Assembly (NCBI GenBank): GCA_964187785.1
Contig: OZ076409.1
Location: 79,796,001-79,860,000, forward strand
Reading direction: 5' to 3'
Length of the DNA: 64,000 bases
DNA from: Amphiscolops sp. MND2022
Taxonomy: Eukaryota
The notes below the pieces were generated by a model. That model was given only the letters and a program-made list of their open reading frames with translations, ran no database searches and was not told the origin of the DNA. Both the position numbers and the translations under genes were made by a program. Positions 49,201 through 63,577 of the stretch are shown piece after piece (position 1 is the stretch's first letter; each line of letters begins with the position of its first letter).

Positions 49201-51886
49201 TTTTGGCATTTTCGTACGTACGGAACTAGATCCCGACGATTGTAAACGGTGTGAAATTTTCAGGTTGCTACTAGCGCCTGAAATAATTTTCACCTTTCCC
49301 AGATCGACAAAAAAATAGCCGATTTTGTGAATTTTCAACAAAAAATCGCACACTTTTTGACTTAGTACGTGCCAGGGAAGGTCCAAACGACCCTCTTCGT
49401 ACACCTGGCACCCCCCTCCTGCACGTTCCGTTGAACCAGTTGATGTGCTGAACCGGCCCTAAGGTTGTGGATCTCTGGGGAACTCTCTACGAGACAAGGA
49501 GGCAAAAACCCAAAAGTCGAAATTTGTCTCCCGACTGCCACCAAAGTCACCTAGGTGCAAATTATTCGTCGTGAACACGCACACTCGGTACCTTGTGTAC
49601 CCTGTGGGTGCGAGATCGTGTTTATATGCACTTTGAAGATTTCAGACTCTGGACGCGGAGCGTCTCAAAACAGTGAACCAGACATACTAGTAGTCATCTG
49701 TTTTGAATAAGAATATGTTGCCAGACTATATTGAGATCCCAAGTTAAGCAACTACTCCAAGCTCAGTGTCTAAGTCCATACTCGTCCACTAGGTCCTTCC
49801 AATTGATCTACCTCCTGCTCACCAAATAGATAGAACAAACTAACCAGAAGCATGCTGCACTGTGACAACCTCAGCAATTACCGCAACACCCGCTTCAAGA
49901 GTCCCAAATTTTCTCTTAACACCAGTAGTAGAGCTTGCGGTTGGAGAAAGAGTAGATTAGCGCGTAGTACATCTTGGTTAGTTGTCTTAGTGTACTTCAA
50001 AAAAAAGATAACTTGAAAATTAGATTATCTCCAATTAGTGGGGAAAGGAACCAAACTTGTTGTTCTTGTTAGAATGTAGTATAGCACTAGGTCAGTTCAT
50101 TAGGTTAGTTGAGACGTCATAGCCCACAGGTCAACCATTTTCTATAGAAACTGAGCCGGTTAACGCGAGCTGCAAGCTTTCAAAATTTGTTAACATTAGT
50201 TTTGAGTTTGAATAGTGAATTTTGTTTCTTCCCTGCGCATTCCTGTTTGCTTTTATTTTCACATGGGGAAGGAACAGGTAAGCCGTTGAAAAGGCAAGCC
50301 AATAAAAGGCGAAAGCAAAAGAGTGGAGCCATAGAAATTAATCCGCCCGCATCGAAGTTTGCGAATATAGACAAGAGTGAAGCAAGTAGTGAATCCAGTG
50401 GCTTCCACGTCAGAAACCCAGTAGGCAGCGAAGTAGAATTGGTAACTTGATGGAACGACCTTGCCAAAAACGTCCTCGAAGCTACCATAGCAGACATGTT
50501 TTCAATATCATGTCAGACTACGTGTCTAACGCTTCTCAGAGCGCAGAAATAGCCTCAGCGAACCACACTAACTCATCGCGAGCTTCTCCCGAAAGCGTCG
50601 ACTCGGCAAATGACAACGAAGCAACGCTGCTGAACAATGCCTGGCCTCTGCTGAAGGTCACTGACCATATCCTGAGTGATTGGCCAAACTCTAACGACAA
50701 GCCAGTGGATGCACAAAGCACTGCCAGTGAGGGCTTGCAGCCGGACACCGCCAAGGCAACCCCAGAAAGAATGATTCCAACCTCAAGAACCCACAGAGAC
50801 CCACTGGGCTCCCAAGCATTGATGCACATTGTTTTTGTCAAACAATTTTGTCAAATCCGTGTTTTTTCTAATGAGTTTACCTCATGAGTTTCAATTGGTA
50901 GTAAGAGTTAAACTCCTAAAAGTGAGTTTTTGTAGTTCAACTCCGCATCACTCAACGTGACCCTCGAGGAGGTTAGCAACACTTCTAGCAACGTCTACTA
51001 GTTTGAGCTTGAAAAATTTGACGTTGATGGCTGTACTCAGAAGATCAAGAGTCATCGGGCTCAGCAGAACCTGACCTGACTCAATATTCGGCGAAAATCC
51101 GTGTCTAGAGACTGTCCTTATAAAATTCTGTATTGCTGTAAGATATTTGAGGTTTTTCTCAATCCATTGCGGTGCTGCATAGAAAAGTTAAGGTAAGGTG
51201 GCGGTTTTGTACAACAGAACTAGCGTTGAAACTGCAAGGTTACATTTTCCACTGTTACGACCCCTGTTTCTACTAAATAACTACCTAGATTTATTTCAAT
51301 TTCGCTTGTATTAATTGCTTTGGTGGAATGATCCCGGTAGTTGAGTTAAAGCAACGTATCTCATTGGCTCTCTAAATCGGCGAAAGTTTTATTTATAAGT
51401 TACTGTTTGTTGGGACTGCTTTCATATTTGCAACTTGACGACCAGTTTTGGTCTACAGTGATAGTGGCTGGCATGAGTAGTAATAGTGGTTTGTCGTTTA
51501 TTTCGTTTTCTTCTGCATACCACGAGTGCCTTTTTGCATACCTCTACATGATGGCCTTCACGGCATCAGATTAATGACAAAGGTCTATGTCACAATAAAG
51601 AAAAACCTTGTTTATCGAATTAGTTTTATCGGGTGGTTTTTTTTGGATCGAATTTTTGTTTGAGTGAAAAGCGAGATCGAAAATGGATCGAAAGATTTTG
51701 AGATCAAATTGTTCCGTTTTTGTAAGTTTTCTGCTCCTGCAAAGCGTTTGAAAGCGTTTAAAATATTTTAAGTACTTTTCCCAACCTAATATGGGTCATA
51801 TATGGTGTGTGCACGCTCGCTTCGCGATCTCCGTTCCCGCTAGGTCCTTGCTCCTGTCGGACCTCGCTTAGCAAGATGGGAACATA

Positions 51887-52499
51887 AGCGGTCCCAAGGG
51901 GCCGCGGGCATTAGAGGAAATGGGGGCATATCCCATGGCCATTGGTATTTGAAAACGCTAGCCTAATTGTTGTGATGGACTTGCTCAATAGCTTCAGAGA
52001 TGGAAATGATTTGAATTTGAGGCCTCCGTTTTTGATAAATTGGCGCATTTTATTTGGGCAAAGTCTACAATTTACCCAGTGTATCAACCCTGAGGGCTTC
52101 AGACACTTCAGAGCGTTGCACGTTTCGTTGTTTTTCATGACAACTCAACCTCGAAACCTACCCAAATGCAGGAATACCACAATTGGGTGTGTGCCAATCT
52201 CCCCAAAAAAACAATCACCACAGCAGTGAAGCAATCCGTATTTGGAAAAAACCTTGAATTGATAAAATGGAATATAAATGGAATTATCTCACCGGGTTGT
52301 GGTGATTCTTTCAGCCCAAGTGCAGCGACAGACCAACAAAACAGCGTCAGAGATGTTGTCCAGTCTCAAATTCAAATTATTTCCATATCTGAAGCTATTG
52401 AGCAAGTCCATCACAACAATTAGGCTAGCGTTTTCAAATACCAATGGCCATGGGATATGCCCCCATTTCCTCTAATGCCCGCGGCCCCTTGGGACCGCT
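51887..52499. repeat. 135-bp near-perfect inverted repeat (51887-52021 / 52365-52499)
   Basis: Arms are reverse complements with about two mismatches. Confidence 0.9.
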
Positions 52500-54750
52500 A
52501 AATGTTGTAGATGCTTTTAGTGAACACAATCCCTCAGTGTCACGATGATAACTTTAGACCAGACACCCTTTTTAGTTCAGGGGTTGTTCACTTGAAAAGA
52601 GTTCCTAAAAGTTCACGGATCCCTCTAGCTGAAAACTTGATACCCAAGGTTGATGATATTTGTGTTTTTTAGAAAAACCACCTCGAGGAGGTAAACGTCA
52701 GAGGTCATCACTCAGTGCAATTATCAACAAGCGTGTTCGAGATGGTGTCATTGAGAGAAGACCGAAACGCGACAGAAAACCGCAGCAGAAAAGCGAGTTA
52801 GATCGACGATTGCGTTCCATTTGCACTAAAATAGACGAAGGTAATGTTAAGGCCGGAATCAGAATGGCAGTAGGCGACGATAAGATTGCAGATTTCACGG
52901 TCGACAACTACGCTGCCCTCAAGCTGAAACATCCGCAAAGGGAATTTTGCTCTGTTCCAGACCCCACAGATAACGGGCAAACTGGACTGAATTTTCTCAA
53001 AGTCCTAACAAATCTTGTGCGATAAACCGACATTTCATGCTAGAGAAAACTTTTGAAAAACACCCTGAAGTTTATAAGTACTCACAATCGGCGTACAGTC
53101 AACCAAGTTTTCTTTTTTTACGGTGATTCAGTTATCAAATCTTGTGAAGGGGACCAGCATGGAGATCCTGAGTCTCCAGCTTTTTTTTCGGATTCCATTC
53201 CGGATCTGATTGACAGTTTGGAGTCGAAAATAAACTTATGGTACCTTGGCGATGGAAATATAAGTGATGATTACAAAACCGTTCTGAAAGAATTCAGAAA
53301 AATAGTTGAAGGTGAAAAAACGCTGTGACTCAAAATTAAACCCACGAAATGCGAAATTTTTTCCTTGGGGACATCACTGAAAAACGACGATCGACAATTT
53401 TAGCATCTTTCCAAAAATTTTGCCCCGGGATCAAAAGACAAAAGAAAGATGAACTTATCAATCTTGGTTCACCGCTTGGCCCGAAATCACAAGCAGACTT
53501 ATTGGAAAAAAATCAATGAACTGGAAAATGTTAATGGAATTGTTGAAAAACTAGATGCGTACTATGGTTTTTTTTATGTTGAGAAATTGCCTCAGTCTGC
53601 CAAAGTTGTCATACTTCCTGACAACCAGTACATGTTTTAATCATCCAGCTCTCTTGGAAAAGTATGACAAAACAGTACGCGACGGGCTTTTCAAAGTGTG
53701 TAATGTGAACTTCGACGATATTTCGAGTACTCAGATGGCTCTGTCCGCTAAAATGGGTGGTCTTTGGGTGTCATTCGCATCATTACTAGCACTTCCCGCC
53801 TTTTTGGCCTCAGCTTTTGGTGCGAGTGACTTTCTCACGACGATTTTCTCGGAAACATTCGAAGATGTTTCATTTACAAAAGCGCTTCAGAAATGGTTGA
53901 ATTTGACGAGTGAATAGGAAAGTCCTCTCGATGGAACCCAGAAAAATTGGACACAACCTGTCTTTGTCAAAACCGCCCAAGATTTGATTTCTAGAATGGA
54001 TGACAAACGTTCGAAAGTTTTCAACGCTCATCAAGGTCTCAATGGCTGAACGTCGTTTGGCTGAAGAACCTAGGCCTGAACCTTGATGATCAGCAACTTC
54101 GGATTTCAATTGGTTTACGTCTCGGAGCCAACATTTGTGTTGCGCATACGTACCACTGTGGTAAAAGAGTTGAACGGGACGGTTTACACGGTCTTTATTG
54201 CACCAAGAGTGCTGGTCGCTTCTCACGTCATGCTACTCTCAATTCGCTCATAAAGCAGACGTTGGGATCTCTTGACTTGCCTTCAATGCTCGAACCGCGC
54301 GGACTGTATCGAACCGATGGCAAACGCCCAGACGGTGTTACCATGATTCCTTGGGAAATGGGTAAACAGCTGGTGTGGGATGTCACAGTTATGGATGCTC
54401 TTGCACCCAGTCGCCTGAATCAAGGCCCTTTATGTAACCCGGGAACCACCGCCACCGAGGCTGAAGCGCGTAAATTTGAGAAGTATTGCGAATTATTAGA
54501 CAACGAATACATTTTTCAACCGGTGGCCTTGGAAGTACAGGGTTCTTTAGGCGAGAACAGTGAAATTTTCATCACGCGTCTCTGTAAATTGCTCTGTCGT
54601 TCGCACGACGATCAACGAGCTGGCAGGTTTTTGAAGCAGTGGATTTCAATGGCTCTTCAGATCGGCAATGCGGCCTGTGTTCTAGGAACTGTAAGCGACA
54701 GTGATGCGTTCGAAGAAATTTATTACATAGTTTTTTTTGTTTTTTTTTCA
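52500..54750 (+). mobile_element. Decayed CRE-like non-LTR retrotransposon (RT plus restriction-like endonuclease)
   Basis: GDQHGDPESP and WYLGDG (RT remnants), HGLYC..RHATLN, EPRGLYRTDGKRPDG..WDVT and LQIGNA; many stops and frameshifts. Confidence 0.85.
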
Positions 54751-54867
54751 AATTTTTTAAAACCTCTATATAAATGCAGCTTTAAAAAAACTTTCTACCG
54801 GTCGACTGCGATAGTGGCTGGTATGAGTAGTTTGTTTTTGTTACCGGTCTACTGGGATAGTGGCTAG

Positions 54868-55242
54868 TATGGGGTTCCCTACGTTCGTTGCAGACCATGG
54901 GTGTGTGTCTTCCCCCAACATGATGATACACATGGCACTTGATTGATGACGAAGATCCATGATATCTGATAGAGAAAAAAATTTGAAAACGCTATGTATT
55001 TGAAAACATTGATTTGGTCTCATTTTCTTTGACCATTTTACTTCGATCTCAGTGACAGATTGCATATTCGCGCAAATTTATTCGATCCAAACGCCCACCG
55101 CCGTTTTATCGCGTTCAAGAAATTTTTTCTCCCATTATCAGATGTCATGGATCTTCGTCATCAATCAAGTGCCATGTGTATCATTAAGTTGAGGGGAGAA
55201 GACACACCGCCGTGGTCTGCAACGAAAGTAGGGAACACCATA
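54868..55242. mobile_element. MITE with ~100-bp TIRs (further copies 57308-57682 and truncated 58254-58622)
   Basis: TATGGGGTTCCCTACGTTCGTTGCAGACC... is inverted relative to ...GGTCTGCAACGAAAGTAGGGAACACCATA. Confidence 0.8.
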
Positions 55243-55850
55243 GTGGGTGTTGACACACCCCTGGACTTTGTCCTAAATCTTTTATTATTATTATCATTAT
55301 TAATAGTATTATTATTACTAGCAAACCCCTTTGTCCGAAGGACAGCAAAAGTGCTCTTCTGAAGTAACATCTAGTGTTTTGGGGTAAACTGTTACAAAAA
55401 GATCCTTAGATGATATTTGATATCGAAGATATTCCGAAGGTCCTTGGATGATCTTTGATCTCAAAGATCTTCCGAAGATCCTTGAATACCCTTCGACATC
55501 GAAGAACTTCCGAAGACCCTTGAATAATCTTTGATCTCGACGATCTCGCAAAGATCCTTGAATGGGCTTCTTTCATCTCGAAGATCTTCCGAATGTCCTT
55601 GCACGACCTTTGAACTCGAAGCTCTTCCGAAGATCCTCGAATCATCTTTGTTGGCAAAGATCTTTCGAGGATCCCTGAAAGACCTCTGATCTCGAAGAAC
55701 TTCCGAACATCCTCGAGTTACCTTTGATCTCGAAGATGTTCCGAAGACCATAGGAAGATCATCCATCCCGACGATATTACGAAGATCCTTGATTGATCTT
55801 TAATCTCGAAGACGTTCCCTACGTTCGTTGCAGACCATGGGTGTGTGTCT

Positions 55851-57190
55851 TTCCAAAAATTTTGCCCCGGGATCAAAAGACAAAAGAAAGATGAACTTAT
55901 CATTCTTGGTTCACCGCTTGGCCCGAAATCACAAGCAGACTCATTGGAAAAAAATCAATGAACTGGAAAATGTTAATGGAATTGTTGAAAAACTAGATGC
56001 GTACTATGGTTTTTTTATGTTGAAAAATTGCCTCAGTCTGCCAAAGTTGTCATACTTCCTGACAACCAGTACATGTTTTAATCATCCAGCTCTCTTGGAA
56101 AAGTATGACAAAACAGTACGCGACGGGCTTTCCAAAGTGTGTAATATGAACTTCGACGATATTTCGAGTACTCAGATGGCTCTGTCTGCTAAAATGGGTG
56201 TTCTTTGGGTGTCATCCGCATCATTACTAGCACTTCCCGCCTTTTTGGCCTCAGCTTTTGGTGCGAGTGACTTTCTCCCGACGATTTTCTCGGAAACCAT
56301 CGAAGATGTTTCATTTACAAAAGCGCTTCAGAAATGGTTGAATTTGACGAGTGAATAGGAAAGTCCTCTCGATGGAACCCAGAAAAATTGGACACAACCT
56401 GTCTTTGTCAAAACCGCCCAAGATTTGATTTCTAGAATGGATGACAAACGTTCGAAAGTTTTCAACGCTCATCAAGGTCTCAATGGCTGAACGTCGTTTG
56501 GCTGAAGAACCTAGGCCTGAACCTTGATGATCAGCAACTTCGGATTTCAATTGGTTTACGTCTCGGAGCCAACATTTGTGTTGCGCATACGTACCACTGT
56601 GGTAAAAGAGTTGAACGGGACGGTTTACACGGTCTTTATTGCACCAAGAGTGCTGGTCGCTTCTCACGTCATGCTACTCTCAATTCGCTCATAAAGCAGA
56701 CGTTGGGATCTCTTGACTTGCCTTCAATGCTCGAACCGCGCGGACTGTATCGAACCGATGGCAAACGCCCAGACGGTGTTACCATGATTCCTTGGGAAAT
56801 GGGTAAACAGCTGGTGAGGGATGTCATAGTTATGGATGCTCTTGCACCCAGTCGCCTGAATCAAGGCCCTTTATGTAACCCGGGAACCACCGCCACCGAG
56901 GCTGAAGCGCGTAAATTTGAGAAGTATTGCGAATTATTAGACAACGAATACATTTTTCAACCGGTGGCCTTGGAAGTACAGGGTTCTTTAGGCGAGAACA
57001 GTGAAATTTTCATCACGCGTCTCTGTAAATTGCTCTGTCGTTCGCACGACGATCAACGAGCTGGCAGCTTTTTGAAGCAGTGGATTTCAATGGCTCTTCA
57101 GATCGGCAATGCGGCCTGTGTTCTAGGAACTGTAAGCGACAGTGATGCGTTCGAAGAAATTTATTACATAGTTTTTTTTGTTTTTTTTCA
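55851..57190 (+). mobile_element. Duplicated 3' half of the CRE-like element
   Basis: Near-identical to 53410-54750 at offset 2441. Confidence 0.9.
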
Positions 57191-60118
57191 AATTTTTTAA
57201 AACCTCTATATAAATGCAGCTTTAAAAAAACTTTCTACAGGTCGACTGCGATAGTGGCTGGTATGAGTAGTTTGTTTTTGTTACCGGTCTACTGGGTTAG
57301 TGGCTAGTATGGAGTTCCCTACGTTCGTTGCAGACCATGGGTGTGTGTCTTCCCCCAACATGATGATACACATGGCACTTGATTGATGACGAAGATCCAT
57401 GATATCTGATAGAGAAAAAAATTTGAAAACGCTATGTATTTGAAAACATTGATTTGGTCTCATTTTCTTTGACCATTTTACTTCGATCTCAGTGACAGAT
57501 TGCATATTCGCGCAAATTTATTCGATCCAAACGCCCACCGCCGTTTTATCGCGTTCAAGAAATTTTTTCTCCCATTATCAGATGTCATGGATCTTCGTCA
57601 TCAATCAAGTGCCATGTGTATCATTAAGTTGAGGGGCGAAGACACACCGCCGTGGTCTGCAACGAAAGTAGGGAACACCATAGTGGGTGTTGACACACCC
57701 CTGGACTTTGTCCTAAATCTTTTATTATTATTATCATTATTAATAGTATTTTTATTACTAGCAAACCCCTTTGTCCGAAGGACAGCAAAATTGCTCTTCT
57801 GAAGTAACATCTTGTGTTTTGCGGTAAACTGTTACAAAAAGATCCTTAGATGATATTTGATATCGAAGATATTCCGAAGGTCCTTGGATGATCTTTGATC
57901 TCAAAGATCTTCCGAAGATCCTTGAATACCCTTCGACATCGAAGAACTTCCGAAGACCCTTGAATAATCTTTGATCTCGACGATCTCGCAAAGATCCTTG
58001 AATGGGCTTCTTTCATCTCGAAGATCTTCCGAATGTCCTTGCACGACCTTTGAACTCGAAGCTCTTCCGAAGATCCTCGAATCATCTTTGTTGGCAAAGA
58101 TCTTTCGAGGATCCCTGAAAGACCTCTGATCTCGAAGAACTTCCGAACATCCTCGAGTTACCTTTGATCTCGAAGATGTTCCGAAGACCATAGGAAGATC
58201 ATCCATCCCGACGATATTACGAAGATCCTTGATTGATCTTTAATCTCGAAGACGTTCCCTACGTTCGTTGCAGACCATGGGTGTGTGTCTTCCCCCAACA
58301 TGATGATACACATGGCACTTGATTGATGACGAAGATCCATGATATCTTATAGAGATAATAATTTGAAAACGCTATGTATTTGAAAACATTGATTTGGTCT
58401 CATTTTCTTTGACCATTTTACTTCGATCTCAGTGACAGATTGCATATTGGCGCAAATTAATTCGATCCAAACGCCCACCGCCGTTTTATCACGTTCAAGA
58501 AATTTTTTCTCCCATTATCAGATGTCATGGATCTTCGTCATCAATCAAGTGCCATGTGTATCATTAAGTTGAGGGGAGAAGACACACCGCCGTGGTCTGC
58601 AACGAAAGTAGGGAACACCATAGTGGGTGTTGACACACCCCTGGACTTTGTCCTAAATCTTTTATTATTATTATCATTATTAATAGCATTATTATTACTA
58701 GCAAGTCCCTTTGTCCGAAAGATAGCAAAATTGCTCTTCTGAAGTAACATCTTGTGTTTTGCGGTAAACTGTTACAAAAAGATCCTTAGATGATATTTGA
58801 TATCGAAGATATTCCGAAGGTCCTCGGATGATCTTTGATCTCAAAGATCTTCAGAAGATCCTTGAATGCCCTTCGATATCGAAGAACTTCCGAAGACCCT
58901 TGAATAATCTTTGATCTCGACGATCTTGCAAAGATCCTTGAATGGGCTTTCATCTCGAAGATCTTCCGAAGGTCCTTGCACGACCTTTGACCTCTGAAGA
59001 ACTTCCGAACATCCTCGAGTTACCTTTGATCTCGAAGATGTTCCGAAGACCATAGGAGGATCATCCATCTCGAAGATATTACGACAATCCTTGATTGATC
59101 TTTAATCTCGAAGATCCTTGAATAATAATTGATCTCGAAGATCTTGGGAAGTTCCTTGAAAGATCTTCAATCTCTATTATCTAAAGCTTCTCGAATGATG
59201 TTTGATCTCGAAGGTCTTCCGAAAATCTTTGAAAGATCATTGACTTCAAAAATCTTCCGAATATCTTTGTCCTTGAAAGAACTTTGATATCGGAGCTCTT
59301 CCGCAGATCCGTGATTGATCTGTGATATGGAAGATCTCCCGAAGATTCTTGAATGATCTTCAATCTCGAAGATCTTCAGAAGGTTCTTGGTTGACATTTG
59401 ATCTCGAAGATCTTCCAAAGATCCTTGAATGATCTAAGACACGGAAGATCTTCCGATGGTCCTTGATTGATCTTTATCCTTGTAAATCCTTGAAAAACAT
59501 TTGACCTCGAACATCTTGTGAAGGTCCTTGAATGATCTTCGATCTTGAGTTTCTAAAACTCCTCGAATGTTGTTTGATCTCGAAAAACTTCCGAAAATCT
59601 TTGGAAGATCTTTGACTTCAAAGGCTTCCGAAGACCTTCAAATGTTCTTTGATATCAAAGACCTTCAGAAGGTCTTTGGATGATCTTTGATCTCGAATAT
59701 CTTATCTTCCGAAGGTCTTTATCTAAAGATTATCTAAAGATGCTCGAACTATTTTTGATCTCGAAGAGTTTTCGAAAATCTTTGAACTATCTTCTACCTC
59801 AAAAAACTTCCCAAGATCCTTGAATGATCTTCGATCATGAAGAACGTCGGGAGTTCCTTGAATGACCTTTGATCTCGAAGATCTTCCGATGATCTTCGAA
59901 GGAATTTTGATCTCGAAGATTTTCCGATGATTCTTGAATGATCTTTGATCTCGAATATCTTCCGATGGTTCTTGATTGATATTTGATCTCGAAGATCTTC
60001 CGAAGATCCTTGAAAGATCTAAGACACGGAAGATCTTCCGATGGTCCTTGATTGATCTTTATCCTTGTAAATCCTTGAAAAATATTTGATCTCGAACATC
60101 TTGTGAAGGTCCTTGAAT

Positions 60119-60610
60119 GGGAGTGTACGCCTTTGATCTAATGGCTTGGGTCTAATGGAATTAGATCTAACTGTTAGGTCTAACTTTCAGACCTAATTTT
60201 ATCTAAAATACTTAGGTCTAACCCCTTTATGATCTAATATGTGTTCTGAAAGCGAAAATATATTGTGTGGCATATGCGATGTGTGCACGCTCGCCCTCAC
60301 CGTCGCAAAGACCAGCTCCCACTACGATCGCTTCGCGATCTCCGTTCCTGCTAGGTCTTTGCTCCTGTTCGACCTCGCTTAGCAAGATGGGAATATAAGC
60401 GGCCCCAAGGTGCCGCGGGGCACTAGAGGAAATGGGGACATATCCGAGGCACGTTTTATACTTTAGTTTTAGATCCTAATTGACTTTTTTTCTCAAATTA
60501 GATCAAATTAGAAGAGATTTTTAGACCTGATTATTTAGATCAATTTATTTAGATCTCAGTTTTGCCCCCTCTCTTAGATCTTTTTCATTAGACCTGATTC
60601 CACGTAGCTC
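60119..60610. mobile_element. MITE inserted in the satellite
   Basis: Flanked by duplicated (C)TTGAATG; inverted GATCTAA/TTAGATC subterminal repeats. Confidence 0.8.
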
Positions 60611-63085
60611 TTGAATGATCTTCGATGTTGAGTTTCTAAAGCTCCTCGAATGTTGTTTGATCTCGAAAATCTTCCGACGATCTTTGGAAAATCTTTGACT
60701 TCAAAGGCTTCCGAAGATCTTCAAATGTTCTTTGATATCAAAGACTTTCAGAAGGTCCTTGATTGATCTTTGATCTCGAATATCTTCTGAAGGTCTTTAT
60801 CTAAAGATTATCTAAAGATCCTCGAACTATTTTTGATCTCGAAGAGTTGTCGAAAATCTTTGAACTATCTTCTACCTCAAAAAACTTCCCAGGATCCTTG
60901 AATGATCTTCCATCATGAAGAACGTCGGGAGTTCCTTGAATGACCTTTGATCTCGAAGATCTTCCGATGATCTTCAAAGGAAATTTGATCTCGAAGATTT
61001 CCGAAGATTCTTGAATGACCTTCGATCTCGAAGATCTTCAGAAGATCCTTGAAAGTTCTTTGATATCAAAGATCTTCAGAACGTCATTGATTGATCTTCA
61101 ATCTCGATTATCTAAAAGTCCTCGAAAGATACTTGATCCCGAAGAGTTTTCAAAAATCTTTAAATTATCTTTGACCTAAAAATTTTTCCCAAGATCCATG
61201 AATGATCTTCGATCATGAAGAACGTCGGGGGTGAATGAACTTTGATCGCGAAGATCTTTCGATCATCTTTGAATGATGTTTGATCTCGAAGATCTATCGC
61301 AGGACCTTGAATGGTCTTTGATATCGACGTTCTTCCGAAGGTCCTTGAATGCCCTTCGATATCGAAGAACTTCCGAAGACCCTTGAATAATCTTTGATCT
61401 TGACGATCTTGCAAAGATCCTTGAATGGGATTCTTTCATCTCGAAGATCTTCCGAAGGTCCTTGCACGACCTTTGAACTCGAAGCTCTTCCGAAGATCCT
61501 CGAATCATCTTTGTTGGCAAAGATCTTTCGAGGATCCCTGAAAGACCTCTGATCTCGAAGAACTTCCAAACATCCTCGAGTTACCTTTGATCTCGAAGAT
61601 GTTCCGAAGACCATAGGAGGATCATCCATCTAGAAGATATTACGATGATCCTTGATTGATCTTTAATCTCGAAGATCCTTGAATAATATTTGATCTCGGA
61701 GATCTTGGGAAGGTCCTTGAAAGATCTTCAATCTCTATTATCTAAAGCTCCTCGAATGATGTTTGATCTCGAATGTCTTCCGAAAATCTTTGAAAGATCT
61801 TTGATTTCAAAAATCTTCCGAATATCTTTGTCCTTGAAAGACCTTTGATATCGGAGATCTTCCGCAGATCCGTGACTGATCTGTAATATGGAAGATCTCC
61901 CGAAGATTCTTGAATGATCTTCGATCTTGAGTTTCTAAAACTCCTCGAATGTTGCTTGATCTCGAAAAACTCTCGAAAATCTTTGGAAGATCTTTGACTT
62001 CAAAGGCTTCCGAAGATCTTCAAATGTTCTTTGATATCAAAGACCTTTAGAAGGTCCTTGAATGATCTTTGATCTCGAATATCTTATCTTCCGAAGGTCT
62101 TTATCTAAAGATTATCTAAAGACGCTCGAACTATTTTTGATCTCGAAGAGTTTTCGAAAATCTTTGAACTATCTTCTACTTCAAAAAACTTCCCAAGATC
62201 CTTGAATGATCTTCGATCATGAAGAACGCCGGGAGTTCCTTGAATGACCTTTGATCTCGAAGATCTTCCGATGATCTTCGAATGAAGTTTGATCTCGAAG
62301 ATTTTCCGAAGGTTCTTGATTAATATTTGATCTCGGAGATCTTCCGAAGGTTCTTGATTGATATTTGATCTCGGAGATCTTCCGAAGATCCTTGAAAGAT
62401 CTAAGACACGGAAGATCTTCCGATGGTCCTTGATTGATCTTTATCCTTGTAAATCCTTGAAAAATATTTGATCTCGAACATCTTGTGAAGGTCCTTGAAT
62501 GATCTTCGATCTTGAGTTTCTAAAACTCCTCGAATGTTTCTTGATCTCGGAAATCTTCCAAAAATCATTACAAGATCTTTGACTTCAAAGACTTCCGAAG
62601 ATCTTCAAATGTTCTTTGATATCAAAGACCTTCAGAAGGTCCTTGAATGATCTTTGATCTCGAATATCTTATCTTCCGAAGGTCTTTATCTAAAGATTAT
62701 CTAAAGATGCTAGAACTATTTTTGATCTCGAAGAGTTTTCAAAAATCTTTGAACTATCTTCTACCTCAAAAAACTTCCCAAGATCTTTGAATGATCTTCG
62801 ATCATGAAGAACGTCGGGAGTTCCTTGAATGATCTTTGATCTCGAAGATCTTCCAATGATATTCGAATGAAGTTTGATCTCGAAGATTTTCCGATGATTC
62901 TTGAATGATCTTTGATCTCGAAGATCTTCCGAAGGTTCTTGATTGATATTTGATCTCGGAGATCTTCCGAAGATCCTTGAAAGATCTAAGACACGGAACA
63001 TCTTCCGATGGTCCTTGATTGATCTTTATCCTTGTAAATCCATGAAAAATATTTGATCTCGAACATCTTGTAAAGGTCCTTGAAT

Positions 63086-63577
63086 GGGAGTGTACGCCTT
63101 TGATCTAATTGCTTGGGTCTAATGGAATTAGATCTAACTGTTAGGTCTAACTTTCAGACCTAATTTTATCTAAAATACTTAGGTCTAACCCCTTTATGGT
63201 CTAATATGTGTTATGAAAGCGAAAATATATTGTGTGGCATATGCGATGTGTGCACGCTCGCCCTCACCGTCGCAAAGACCAGCTCCCACTACGATCGCTT
63301 CGCGATCACCGTTCCTGCTAGGTCTTTGCTCCTGTTCGACCTCGCTTAGCAAGATGGGAATATAAGCGGCCCCAAGGTGCCGCGGGGCACTAGAGGAAAT
63401 GGGGACATATCCGAGGCACGTTTTGTACTTTAGTTTTAGATCCTAATTGACTTTTTTTCTCAAATTAGATCAAATTAGAAGAGATTTTTAGACCTGATTA
63501 TTTAGATCAATTTATTTAGATCTCAGTTTTGCCCCCTCTCTTAGATCTTTTTCATTAGACCTGATTCCACGTAGCTC
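63086..63577. mobile_element. Second copy of the same MITE at the same satellite site
   Basis: Near-identical to 60119-60610, including flanks, at offset 2967. Confidence 0.8.

Noticed and set aside
47390..50160. Probable LTR fragment and DNA-transposon-like interspersed repeat
   Set aside because: I could not define termini, a TSD or protein motifs.
50187..50887. Low-complexity ORFs as a host gene
   Set aside because: No domain signal, overlapping frames and no coherent splice pattern.
55318..63001. Many minus-strand ORFs rich in RSSRSKII/EDLRDQR
   Set aside because: They are translations of the satellite monomer, not genes.
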